Origin: an uncultured virus (IMG/VR IMGVR_UViG_3300038678_000044)
Lineage: Duplodnaviria > Heunggongvirae > Uroviricota > Caudoviricetes
Virus record (IMG/VR): IMGVR_UViG_3300038678_000044
DNA: 64,000 nt
Strand: one strand, 5' to 3'
Part shown: positions 55,512-64,000 of the stretch, piece by piece
Numbering within the stretch: the stretch's first letter is position 1
Layout: the number at the start of each line of letters is the position of its first letter
Position numbers and translations under genes: made by a program
Notes under the pieces: model-generated
Seen by the model: only the letters and a program-made list of their open reading frames with translations
Told to the model about the DNA's origin: nothing
Database searches by the model: none

Positions 55512-56576
55512 ATGGCTAACACGCAACGGGACAAGATCGAGTACGAATTTGAGGATCTGCGAAGGAACACGGATTCGATACCAGATAACGTACTTAATCA
55601 GCTTGGACTCGAAGACGAGGATTTGACTGAGACTGAGCGTCAAGAAGACACAAAAGCCAAGGATGACGATAACGACGAGGAGTTGGAGGAGGCAGGAGGC
55701 CAAGACGACGACGACGAGCTGGGTGAAGATGGAGAATACAGTCCAGCGAAGATGACCAAGGCGATGCGTAAGCGCCTGGTCGGAATCAAGCGCGATGCGA
55801 GCCGACAGATAGCAGCCGCCAAAACAGAAGCTGGCGAGGAAATATCAAAGCTAACTAAGCGGATCAACGAGCTTGAGAAGTCAGGGAAGACTGATGAACT
55901 CGACAACGAGTTCAGCGGCAAGATCGACGCTCTGGAAGCGAAGATTGAAGCTGCGATGGAAAAAGGCGACAGCAAAGAAGTCGCCTCACTCACCCGACAG
56001 ATGGGTGAGCTGACTGCGGATGTACGTGATCGGAAACGGGAGCTGGAAGCCCAACACGACGAACCTGACGACCTGGACGAGACAGAGGAGCCCAAGGTCA
56101 TCCCCAGAGCCATGGAATGGATCGAGGAGCAGGTGTGGTGGGACGACGAAGATCTCGGACACGTTCGAGCATTCGTTCGTAAGGCGGACCTCGCCTTGCA
56201 GAAGAAAGGTTATTTACCCACCGAGGATGATTTCTACGAGCAGCTTGAGGAGCTGGTCGAGAATAAGTATCCAGGCGTCGTTGTGCATACAGCGGACGAG
56301 GAGGAGGAAGAAGATCTCGATCTTGACCTCGATGAGGAGGAGGAAGACGACTTCGGCTCGATTCCCTCGAAAGGCCGGAAGGCGAAGAAGAAGCGAGCCA
56401 GGCGAAGGGGCCCGGTCTCTGAAGGCGATCGTGGTGGCATTGCCAAAACGAAGAAGCGTCGTCAGAAGAAAAAGGGTAAGACATTGAGCCGTGCCAGGGT
56501 TGCGAACATGAGAGCGTTCGGCCTGGATCCGGAAGATCCGGCAGCGGTTGAAAACTACCTGGAGGGCTGTGACTAA
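55512..56576 (+). CDS. Putative scaffolding protein
   Basis: Acidic coiled coil with a basic C-terminus, upstream of the capsid genes. Confidence 0.65.
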   Translation: MANTQRDKIEYEFEDLRRNTDSIPDNVLNQLGLEDEDLTETERQEDTKAKDDDNDEELEEAGGQDDDDELGEDGEYSPAKMTKAMRKRLVGIKRDASRQIAAAKTEAGEEISKLTKRINELEKSGKTDELDNEFSGKIDALEAKIEAAMEKGDSKEVASLTRQMGELTADVRDRKRELEAQHDEPDDLDETEEPKVIPRAMEWIEEQVWWDDEDLGHVRAFVRKADLALQKKGYLPTEDDFYEQLEELVENKYPGVVVHTADEEEEEDLDLDLDEEEEDDFGSIPSKGRKAKKKRARRRGPVSEGDRGGIAKTKKRRQKKKGKTLSRARVANMRAFGLDPEDPAAVENYLEGCD

Positions 56577-57199
56577 TGGGTAACGCAAAAGCAGAAGCGC
56601 GAAAGACATCGGAGAAGCGGAGAGCTGAATCGGCTCAGGGAAAGAAACCATCCGGCGAGAAAAGGAATGCGCCGGAGCAGATTACGCACGGAGACGATAA
56701 GGTCCATGAATCGGAGAACATGGACAGGGAGATGGATGAGCTTTACGACACGGAGTCAGACAATGAAGTCACGGAATGGCGCAGACATTCAGATTTGGAT
56801 GCGCCACCAGCAAGGAAAGGCTATGTGAATCGTTTCATTCGGATACGTCTTGGAACAGTTCGCGATACCGCCCGACTGAGAAATGCAATACGAGAGGGGT
56901 GGAGACCTATCAAGGCGTCAACCTTGTCAGATCGTTCACTGCCGACCACCAATCTCGACCAGTACGGGGATGTCATCGGCGTAGAGGATTTAATCCTATG
57001 CGAGATGCCTGTGAAGGTTCATGCCCAGCGCAAGAAGCACTTTAAGGACAAGCAGCGCAGGCAAAACCAGGCAATCGAGCGCCAACTAAAGGGTGTGTCC
57101 AAGGAGGACGTATCGGGCTTTGGTCCGATCGAATCCACCAGTCGCACCAGGGTTTCGGCGGCTCCCGCTCGACGAGTGGAGGTTGCCGATGATGATTAA
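56576..57199 (+). CDS. Conserved head-module protein
   Basis: LDAPPARKGY..RFIR..REGW..LILCEMP. Confidence 0.65.
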   Translation: MGNAKAEARKTSEKRRAESAQGKKPSGEKRNAPEQITHGDDKVHESENMDREMDELYDTESDNEVTEWRRHSDLDAPPARKGYVNRFIRIRLGTVRDTARLRNAIREGWRPIKASTLSDRSLPTTNLDQYGDVIGVEDLILCEMPVKVHAQRKKHFKDKQRRQNQAIERQLKGVSKEDVSGFGPIESTSRTRVSAAPARRVEVADDD

Positions 57200-57213
57200 C
57201 CGGAGGTATCCGA

Positions 57214-57810
57214 ATGACAAACGTGGATCGACCGTTTGGCTTTACAGCCACTCGCCACGGTGCAGGCGGCACTCCCCAAAGGCTAGGCTCGTATGAGATT
57301 GCGAATGGTTTAGCGGCTGACATCTTTTCAGGCGACCCAGTTGTCCTGTTAGGTTCTGGCCGAACCATTACTCTCGCGACTGCCGGTAATGCAAACCTGA
57401 TCACAGGTATCTTTGCCGGTGTTCGTTATACCGATGCCAATGGGGATGTTCAGTTCAGACCGAACTGGCTAAGCGGCACCGTTGGTACTGGATTGCAGCG
57501 TGGTGAAGACAATCCAGAAGCCCTTGTTTACGATGATCCAAGGAGTGAATTCATCGTACAGGTCAGCGCATCTGCTGGTCTGGTAGTAGCGGATGTTGGC
57601 CTGTTGGCCAATTTCGTTGCTGGAGCAGGGAACGCATTTACTGGCCGATCAGCGGCTCTCCTTGACCAAACGACACTGAATGCTTCGGCACGTCAGTTGC
57701 GTATCCTTGGTCTGTCGAGAATCCCTGAGAATGACTATGGTGAGTTCGCGAAGGCTCGCGTTCTAATCAACAACCATAGTTACGGCCAACTAGCAGCAGC
57801 GGGAGTCTAA
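57214..57810 (+). CDS. Putative capsid decoration/cement protein
   Basis: N.DRPFGF..IFSGDPV..VYDDP..F.VQ; directly before the major capsid gene. Confidence 0.65.
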   Translation: MTNVDRPFGFTATRHGAGGTPQRLGSYEIANGLAADIFSGDPVVLLGSGRTITLATAGNANLITGIFAGVRYTDANGDVQFRPNWLSGTVGTGLQRGEDNPEALVYDDPRSEFIVQVSASAGLVVADVGLLANFVAGAGNAFTGRSAALLDQTTLNASARQLRILGLSRIPENDYGEFAKARVLINNHSYGQLAAAGV

Positions 57811-57812
57811 TC

Positions 57813-58724
57813 ATGGCTATGAATCGAAGCGACTTTCGCAAACAGTTGCAGGAAGGCTTGAACGCAGTCTTCGGAATGGAGTACAAGCGGTATCCAGAGG
57901 AGTGGCGCGACATCTTCGACATCGAGCGATCGATGAAAGCATTCGAGGAAGACGTGTTGCTCGCAGGATTCGCTGGTGCGCCAGTTAAACCTGAAGGCGA
58001 AGGCGTGGCATACGACCAGGGCGCAGAGAGTTACGTTGCCCGATACACGCATGAGACGATTGCGTTGGCATTTGCAATCACCGAGGAAGCTGAAGAAGAT
58101 GGCTTGTACGGAAGTCTTGGCAACAAGTATGCGAGAGCCCTTGCACGATCTCTCCAGCACACCAAGGAAGTCAAAGGTGCTGACATCATCAATAACGGTT
58201 TCGACGCAGGTTTCCTTGGCGGCGACGGAGTTCCGTTGTTTTCACTGCTCCATCCGCAATTCGGTGGCGGTAACCAGGCTAATACCCTGGCCACGGCAGC
58301 CGATCTCGCGGAAGCGTCTCTTGAGCAGGCGGCGATCGACATCTCAGAGTTCGACGACGACCGTGGCATCCCGATTGCAGCGCAGATCACAAAGCTGATT
58401 GTTCCGACAGAACTTCAGTTCGTGGCTACGCGGATCCTGATGTCACCGTATCGCACGAACACTGGCGATAACGACATCTCTGCCATCTACACTCTCGGCA
58501 CAGTCGGTGACGGTTTCTGCGTAAACCACCGCTTGACTGATCCAGATCAGTGGACACTCAAGACAGACTGCCCTGATGGCCTAAAACACATGCTGCGTAA
58601 GAAGGTTTCTCGTGGAATCGAAGGCGACTTCGAGACCGGCAACCTTCGTTACAAAGCTCGCGAACGGTACAGCTTCGGCTGGTCCGATTGGCGTGGTGCA
58701 TACGGCTCGCCAGGTGGCGCGTAA
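57813..58724 (+). CDS. Major capsid protein (HK97 fold, Mu gpT-like family)
   Basis: GLNAVFG, EG..VAYD, AFAITEEA.ED, DGVPLFS..HP and YKARERYSFGWSDWRG. Confidence 0.9.
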   Translation: MAMNRSDFRKQLQEGLNAVFGMEYKRYPEEWRDIFDIERSMKAFEEDVLLAGFAGAPVKPEGEGVAYDQGAESYVARYTHETIALAFAITEEAEEDGLYGSLGNKYARALARSLQHTKEVKGADIINNGFDAGFLGGDGVPLFSLLHPQFGGGNQANTLATAADLAEASLEQAAIDISEFDDDRGIPIAAQITKLIVPTELQFVATRILMSPYRTNTGDNDISAIYTLGTVGDGFCVNHRLTDPDQWTLKTDCPDGLKHMLRKKVSRGIEGDFETGNLRYKARERYSFGWSDWRGAYGSPGGA

Positions 58725-58762
58725 GAGGTAAGGTCACGGTCCTTAGACCGGCGTGACTGAAC

Positions 58763-58810
58763 GGGAAGCCTGGCTGCCTCCCCCAACGAGGTAGCTGGGC
58801 TCTCCCTTTT
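58763..58810 (+). terminator. Terminator-like hairpin after the capsid gene
   Basis: GGGA-AGCCTGGCTGCCTC/GAGGTAGCTGGGCT-CTCCC followed by TTTT. Confidence 0.65.
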
Positions 58811-58854
58811 GTTCGATTAACGAGCAACGGACTGCTCTGCCCTGGAGGGCTGTT

Positions 58855-59571
58855 ATGAGTAGGCACACAATTACACATTCCGACGAAATCTTTGTCGGTG
58901 CCCCGCAAGCAGGTGGATTCAACGGTGCGAAAAGAGGCGTGGAGACAGCGCCACTGCATCAGCAGAAGATTCTCAATCCGATAGCTGGTGACGTTGATGG
59001 CCTGGTTACCGCAGCAGGATCCGGCGCGACAGCGGCTGCCGGTGATGTTCCGATCGATGGCGCATTCTTGAATGCAGTCACCGGATTTGGTGACATCGAT
59101 GGACCGAGAAACATTGAGATCGACTCCACGAATGCTGGCGATACGACCCAGGTGATCACGATCACTGGTCGTGACATCGTAGGTAATCCGCAGGTCGAGA
59201 ACATTTCGGCTAATGGTCTTACGGCTGTTCGTGGCCTGAAAGCGTTCTCGGTGGTCGAGTCAATCAGCAACTCAGGCGCATTCGCCGGTAATCTCACGGT
59301 GGGCACCAGCGTTACTTTGGGCAACATCGAGTTGGGCCTGGATGCTGGTCTCGAAGCAGCTTACGACGCTGTGCATGCGCTGACAGGTGCAGGTGCGGCT
59401 GATGGTGGTAGCTTCACGGTGGCAGATGCCACCAGTCCAGCAACTGCTGTGACCGGCGACACGAAGGGAACTTACAATCCTGGCAATGCCCCGGATGGCA
59501 GTGCTGACTTTGTTCTGTGGTATCACCCAATCCTGACGAAGGACGGATACGGACAGAACTTCGCTGGCTAA
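58855..59571 (+). CDS. Virion structural protein
   Basis: Gly/Ala/Thr-rich; PRNI..ITGRD..G.KAF; paralogous to the next gene. Confidence 0.6.
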   Translation: MSRHTITHSDEIFVGAPQAGGFNGAKRGVETAPLHQQKILNPIAGDVDGLVTAAGSGATAAAGDVPIDGAFLNAVTGFGDIDGPRNIEIDSTNAGDTTQVITITGRDIVGNPQVENISANGLTAVRGLKAFSVVESISNSGAFAGNLTVGTSVTLGNIELGLDAGLEAAYDAVHALTGAGAADGGSFTVADATSPATAVTGDTKGTYNPGNAPDGSADFVLWYHPILTKDGYGQNFAG

Positions 59572-59584
59572 CTAGGGGAGTGAC

Positions 59585-60289
59585 ATGAGACAAAATGTCT
59601 TACAAATTGACCCCTACGCAACCACTGATGTCGATTCGATAGCGACCTCACAGACTCCGGCAGCCGGAGGTGAGCAAGCCCTGACGATCAATGGAGCGTT
59701 TGCTTCAGGTGGTGTAGCCACATTGGATACACCGAGGCAGGTGGTCTTCACGTTCGCAGCCGATGAGACCGGGAAGTCATTCCTGGTCACTGGTACGCGA
59801 CGTGATGGCAAGCAGCTTGTGGAAGCGGTCGCTGGTACAGCGGCATTAGCAACCACGGTGCAGGCTTTTGCCACCGTCACTGAGATCCTGATCGATCAGG
59901 ATTCGGCTGGTGCCATCTCGGTCGGTACGACCTTGATTGTATCGACGAGCTGGTTCCCGATGGATTACATCAGGAATCCGGTGAATGTCGGCATGGTCAT
60001 CACGATCGGTGGTGCAACAAATGTCACCGTCGAACTGACGCTCTCGAACCTCATGTCCAGACGTGGCAACGATCCGCTTCCAACGGTCGGCCATCATGTG
60101 GGCTCGAAGTTCAAGCTGATCTATCCGGTGGTGAATGCGATCGACCACGATACCTTGGTGAATGTCGCGGCGGACACGTCAGGCAATATCGCTTTCCCGG
60201 TGACAGGCTTGCGCCTGACATCGAATGCGGTAGTGGTGACGACGCCAGTGATCCTGGAGGTTGTGCAGGCTGGCCATAGGGGAGCCTAA
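59585..60289 (+). CDS. Virion structural protein
   Basis: PRQV..VTGT..QAFATVT. Confidence 0.6.
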   Translation: MRQNVLQIDPYATTDVDSIATSQTPAAGGEQALTINGAFASGGVATLDTPRQVVFTFAADETGKSFLVTGTRRDGKQLVEAVAGTAALATTVQAFATVTEILIDQDSAGAISVGTTLIVSTSWFPMDYIRNPVNVGMVITIGGATNVTVELTLSNLMSRRGNDPLPTVGHHVGSKFKLIYPVVNAIDHDTLVNVAADTSGNIAFPVTGLRLTSNAVVVTTPVILEVVQAGHRGA

Positions 60290-60291
60290 TC

Positions 60292-61011
60292 ATGTCAGTT
60301 ACGGGCACGTACATAACTGACCCGATTCTGGCTGAGTACACCGACGAAGCGGTTGAGAGAGCTGGCCTGGATCTCCAGGAGATTACAGGTCAGCATCTCA
60401 TCTCGATCCGTCGATCAGTTGGCTTTGTGTTGGCACGATGGGCAAACAAAGGTGGTCGCCAGTGGACGTTCGAGCAAGTCGATCATCTGGTGTCTGTCGG
60501 TGAGATCGAGTTCGATCTGCCGGTAGGAACGATCCAGGTGCAGACTGCTGTACTGCGTCGTGGTACGGGGCAGGGGGCTATCGTCGTCACCGATACGGAG
60601 ATGTATCCCATCTCCAGGTCAGACTATCTGATCATTCATGACAAGAACCTGGTCGGCAGACCGGATCGATACTTCGTGGATCGTCGTCGAGACACACCCA
60701 GCGGTGCGAATCCAGTGCGAGTTTTGTACTGGCTGGCCGCAGAGAACAACACCGATCGGATCATCATGAATGTCTGGAAGCAGATCCAGGATCCAGGCAG
60801 GGCTCAGAACACGATTGATATTCCATTCCGTTACCAGGAAGCGTTCGTTGCAGCCTTGGCTGCGAAGGTCGCGCAGAAGTGGAAGCCTGAGCGGTTCGTG
60901 GCCCTGGTGACTGAATCGGAGGTGTTGTTCAAGGAAGCCGACGATGAGGATGCAGACACCGCACCAATGGTGATTTCTGTCAATTACGATCGTTTCTACG
61001 GGAGACGCTAA
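60292..61011 (+). CDS. Head-tail adaptor (tail tubular A-like)
   Basis: EAVERAG..WANKG..ISRSDY..GRP.RY..P.RYQEA...LA. Confidence 0.7.
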   Translation: MSVTGTYITDPILAEYTDEAVERAGLDLQEITGQHLISIRRSVGFVLARWANKGGRQWTFEQVDHLVSVGEIEFDLPVGTIQVQTAVLRRGTGQGAIVVTDTEMYPISRSDYLIIHDKNLVGRPDRYFVDRRRDTPSGANPVRVLYWLAAENNTDRIIMNVWKQIQDPGRAQNTIDIPFRYQEAFVAALAAKVAQKWKPERFVALVTESEVLFKEADDEDADTAPMVISVNYDRFYGRR

Positions 61012-61436
61012 TGGCAAGTAGAGCAAATTTATCAGGACGACCTGGACCAACTGGCATCCTGGATCGAGTAATGAATCCACCGCAGCAGAGATCTGGACCC
61101 AAGATCTCCCTGCCCGCCACTACGCCACAGGCGACTGCGCCAAATGTTGGCGGAGTGGCTGATCCAGCCCTGGCTCAAGCAGCATCCGGAGCCAGGCGAC
61201 AGTCAATGGCCCCACGAGCTGGCCTGTCACAGGTCGGCGCGAGCCAGGCAGAACTCGCTGGTCAAACCAAGCCGTTGAATCGTAGGGCATCATTGTCAGA
61301 TCGCATGGCAAGGGCTCAGGGAACGATGGCTGACCAGGAGATGGCTGCTGAGGTCGGTGGTGGCAGGACTGAGGTTGATGTCGTTGGGCCATCGCTGAAT
61401 CGAGCCAGGAGACCTGGCCGCACCTATCGGCGTTAG
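61011..61436 (+). CDS. Low-complexity hypothetical protein
   Basis: Ala/Arg/Pro-rich; coupled. Confidence 0.5.
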   Translation: MASRANLSGRPGPTGILDRVMNPPQQRSGPKISLPATTPQATAPNVGGVADPALAQAASGARRQSMAPRAGLSQVGASQAELAGQTKPLNRRASLSDRMARAQGTMADQEMAAEVGGGRTEVDVVGPSLNRARRPGRTYRR

Positions 61437-61438
61437 CC

Positions 61439-61825
61439 ATGGCGCTTGGATCCGCATACGCCAAAGGGAAGTGGGCACTGGGCGAATGTCGTCGCTCAGG
61501 CCGCAAGATGTTGCTGCGGAACATGGTGGCGGATGGCTACTATCCGAACCTGATTGTCGATCCTGAGTGGTACGAGCCCAAGCATCCACAGGAATCTCTG
61601 CCCAAAGTCAGAGATCCGGTTTCGTTGTTTCGACCAGCTCCTGATCAAGATCGGGTTAGCGCGACAATTCGATTTCGATCTGATCAATCCGTGGCGAGTG
61701 GTTATGCCCTTGGCAATGTCACCTTGGACGCTCCAGTGTTTGTGCCGCCTGTTCTACCTCCTCCAGTTCATGCTTACGATATGGATGCTATTGCCTCGCC
61801 AGAGCCGGATACCGGGACAGGATAA
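61439..61825 (+). CDS. Conserved head-completion-region protein
   Basis: YAKGKWALGEC..EPKHPQ..DP..L.RP.PD. Confidence 0.6.
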   Translation: MALGSAYAKGKWALGECRRSGRKMLLRNMVADGYYPNLIVDPEWYEPKHPQESLPKVRDPVSLFRPAPDQDRVSATIRFRSDQSVASGYALGNVTLDAPVFVPPVLPPPVHAYDMDAIASPEPDTGTG

Positions 61826-61827
61826 CG

Positions 61828-64000
61828 ATGGCATTATTCGATCTTGCATTTACCGGCTCTCCAGCACCCAGGATTGGACGTACATCGTTGCGAGACGACT
61901 GTACTGGCAAAGCGATGGAGTTGACTGGTTTTGGCAGGCTGACTAATGGTGATGCGCCGATACTTTACGACCAGGGCTTCACGATCGAGATGGCAATCAA
62001 GCCGACTACCGAAGGTGTGCGAGCAGTGGGTGGCGGCACCTCAAGAATTGTTCCTGGGGTCCAGTCGCATGCGAATGCTAACGATCAGTCTGTCTTCCAA
62101 CTGGGCTTTGATAACTGGGCATCGGGAGGGGCGTCTCTATTTCCGACCTTCACGATCTTGTCCGACAACAACACGTACCAGTCTCTTTTAGACCATGCGG
62201 TTATCCTGGGGGAGGCTCGTGGCACCACACTGATGATCCTGGGCAACACCTATCACCTCCTCGGTACGCTGGATGCGAATGGTCTATGCCAGCTTTACGT
62301 CAATGGAGTGCTGGAAGCAACGGCTTCTCCGAACATCAACATGGTGGACTTCATCTCTGCTGGAAATCTCGACCTGGGCAACTCAGCGCGAACTCTGCGA
62401 GATGTCTTTGACATCGGTACGCGATTCCTCGATGGGGCATATCGCGGTGAGTCGGATGCAGGGCAAGCGGTCATCGACAATGTTCGGTTTTATGACAATC
62501 ACTTCAGCGCGGCTGATGCGGCTGCGGCGGCTGCGGAAGTTGCATTCACAGTAGATACGGTCGGTGTCAATGCGACTACTTACATTGAAGATGAGATTTC
62601 CGCAGGCAATCCAGGCGGAGGTGCCTTTCGCTTGGATATATTCTGGAAGCCTGATGGTACGAAATTGTGGGCTGGCAGGCAGGATCTTGACGTAAGTGAA
62701 TACGATGTAGATCCGCCATGGGGCATTCAACCGGGGGATTGGTCGCTTGTTATTACGGTAGGAGGCTTCACAAATTTCAGAAGCGTGTGGTGGTCGCCTG
62801 ATGGCAGGTATTTCGGATGGGGGCGAAGGCTGTCATCAGTCTTCCGGATTCACATCAATGATCAAATAGCGAACCCTTGGAGCATTGCAGCTTTTGGCCC
62901 TCAGACATCTAAGACGATAAGTGTACCTCCTTCAGGTGGCTCAATGCTTGATCATATCTGGAGTGCAGATGGGAAGACGGTATGGATACATACCGCAGTT
63001 GGAGTCACAGCAAGGTTCCTGGAGTTCACCGTTCCAGTAGCTTGGGATCCAGCGAGCATTGTCGGCAATACGCCTTCCGCCGAACTCGATCTCGTTCCGG
63101 ATGCTGGCACTGCGACAAGGACTGAAGCCTTCTCAGCAGATGGTTCTAAGTTGTATGCGATGGTTAGCCAGGATTTGTCCTCCTGGGATCTCAGCACACC
63201 ATTCGATATTACGACCCAATCTAATTTCCAGACTGGCCCAAGTGTCAACATCGTTGTGGGGATTCCTAGAGGACTCAATTACCGTGATGACAACGGAGAC
63301 ATATTTGTTGAGGGAGACCAGAATGCGCTACGGGCGGCATGGTTCAGAATTCCCCTGGCTGGTGTAGATGCGAGCGAGTATTGCGAAAGCGATTTCCAGA
63401 ATAACCCTGAGACCATTGGTGGTGGGCTCAGGATGTCTCAGTGGTGGAAGGATGACGGTACTCGCGTGTGGACGACGCGAGACTCGTCCAATCGATGTGA
63501 CCAGCATGACGTATCTCCGGCCTGGAGTATCGAGGGCCCAGGAGTTTGGACCAACAGGATCGATAACAATGTGGACTTCATCGACGTTCGTAAAGTACAG
63601 ATTTCCCCGGACGGTACGGTGTTGCTGTTCATCGGTGGTCCATCGAATGCGTTTATTAAGTCTGCTCCGCTATCCACTCCGTTTGATCTGTCCACCTTGG
63701 GAGCGTTCGTCAGCACGTTTATCTCAGGTGGAAGGCTTGATATGTACTGGTCTTCGGATGGCTTCACCGTTTGGACCTATGCGTCGGTATCGAACGACAT
63801 CGAAGAACATGATGTCTCGGTAGCCTTCGATGCAAGCACGTTCAACACGACGCCAGCGAAGACCTTCGATCTGACACCAGACACAGGAGGCATCAACACT
63901 TTCACGTTCTCGCCGGATGGGAATTTCATCTATGCAGTGCTTGGGTCGAGTCAGAGAGTTTTGGTCTCGTGGCGGCTCAGTACACCGTTCGACATCGATA
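61828..64000 (+). CDS. LamG-like plus beta-propeller receptor-binding/tail protein, 3'-truncated
   Basis: Read by hand; open to the window end. FTIEMAIKP, LYVNGVL and IDNVRFY (LamG-like), then W.PDG/FS.DG and LSTPFD repeats. Confidence 0.75.
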   Translation, partial: MALFDLAFTGSPAPRIGRTSLRDDCTGKAMELTGFGRLTNGDAPILYDQGFTIEMAIKPTTEGVRAVGGGTSRIVPGVQSHANANDQSVFQLGFDNWASGGASLFPTFTILSDNNTYQSLLDHAVILGEARGTTLMILGNTYHLLGTLDANGLCQLYVNGVLEATASPNINMVDFISAGNLDLGNSARTLRDVFDIGTRFLDGAYRGESDAGQAVIDNVRFYDNHFSAADAAAAAAEVAFTVDTVGVNATTYIEDEISAGNPGGGAFRLDIFWKPDGTKLWAGRQDLDVSEYDVDPPWGIQPGDWSLVITVGGFTNFRSVWWSPDGRYFGWGRRLSSVFRIHINDQIANPWSIAAFGPQTSKTISVPPSGGSMLDHIWSADGKTVWIHTAVGVTARFLEFTVPVAWDPASIVGNTPSAELDLVPDAGTATRTEAFSADGSKLYAMVSQDLSSWDLSTPFDITTQSNFQTGPSVNIVVGIPRGLNYRDDNGDIFVEGDQNALRAAWFRIPLAGVDASEYCESDFQNNPETIGGGLRMSQWWKDDGTRVWTTRDSSNRCDQHDVSPAWSIEGPGVWTNRIDNNVDFIDVRKVQISPDGTVLLFIGGPSNAFIKSAPLSTPFDLSTLGAFVSTFISGGRLDMYWSSDGFTVWTYASVSNDIEEHDVSVAFDASTFNTTPAKTFDLTPDTGGINTFTFSPDGNFIYAVLGSSQRVLVSWRLSTPFDID

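Noticed and set aside
1..64000. Integrase/att sites, diversity-generating retroelement, or stop-codon recoding
   Set aside because: No recombinase or reverse transcriptase motifs were seen. Core genes are intact under the standard code.

Overview
This window is almost all of a tailed-phage genome, podovirus-like with a P22-type portal and ejection genes. The host is probably Gram-negative (spanins, CsrA, sigma70-type promoters). No host genes, integrase, repressor, CRISPR array or reverse transcriptase were seen. Gene order: tail/ejection genes including a 3941-aa polyvalent protein (1-16.4 kb); lysis (16.4-18.1 kb); a leftward early/recombination operon with RecT, YqaJ-like exonuclease, SSB, CsrA and a tRNA-like RNA (18-27.9 kb); a rightward replication operon with initiator, DnaB and RusA (28-31.6 kb); leftward accessory cassettes (31.8-37.3 kb); terS, then about 9 kb of small accessory genes, then terL; portal, GroES, scaffold, capsid and head-completion genes (51.7-64 kb). 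The most striking signal is between terS and terL: four small genes there encode rearranged fragments of the major capsid protein, and three of them start with twin-arginine (Tat)-like leaders. Also notable are a 167-nt tRNA-like RNA whose anticodon loop is replaced by a 74-nt branched domain, and a promoter family whose transcripts would start with GGGUAC. All family assignments come from motif recognition by eye, not database searches.
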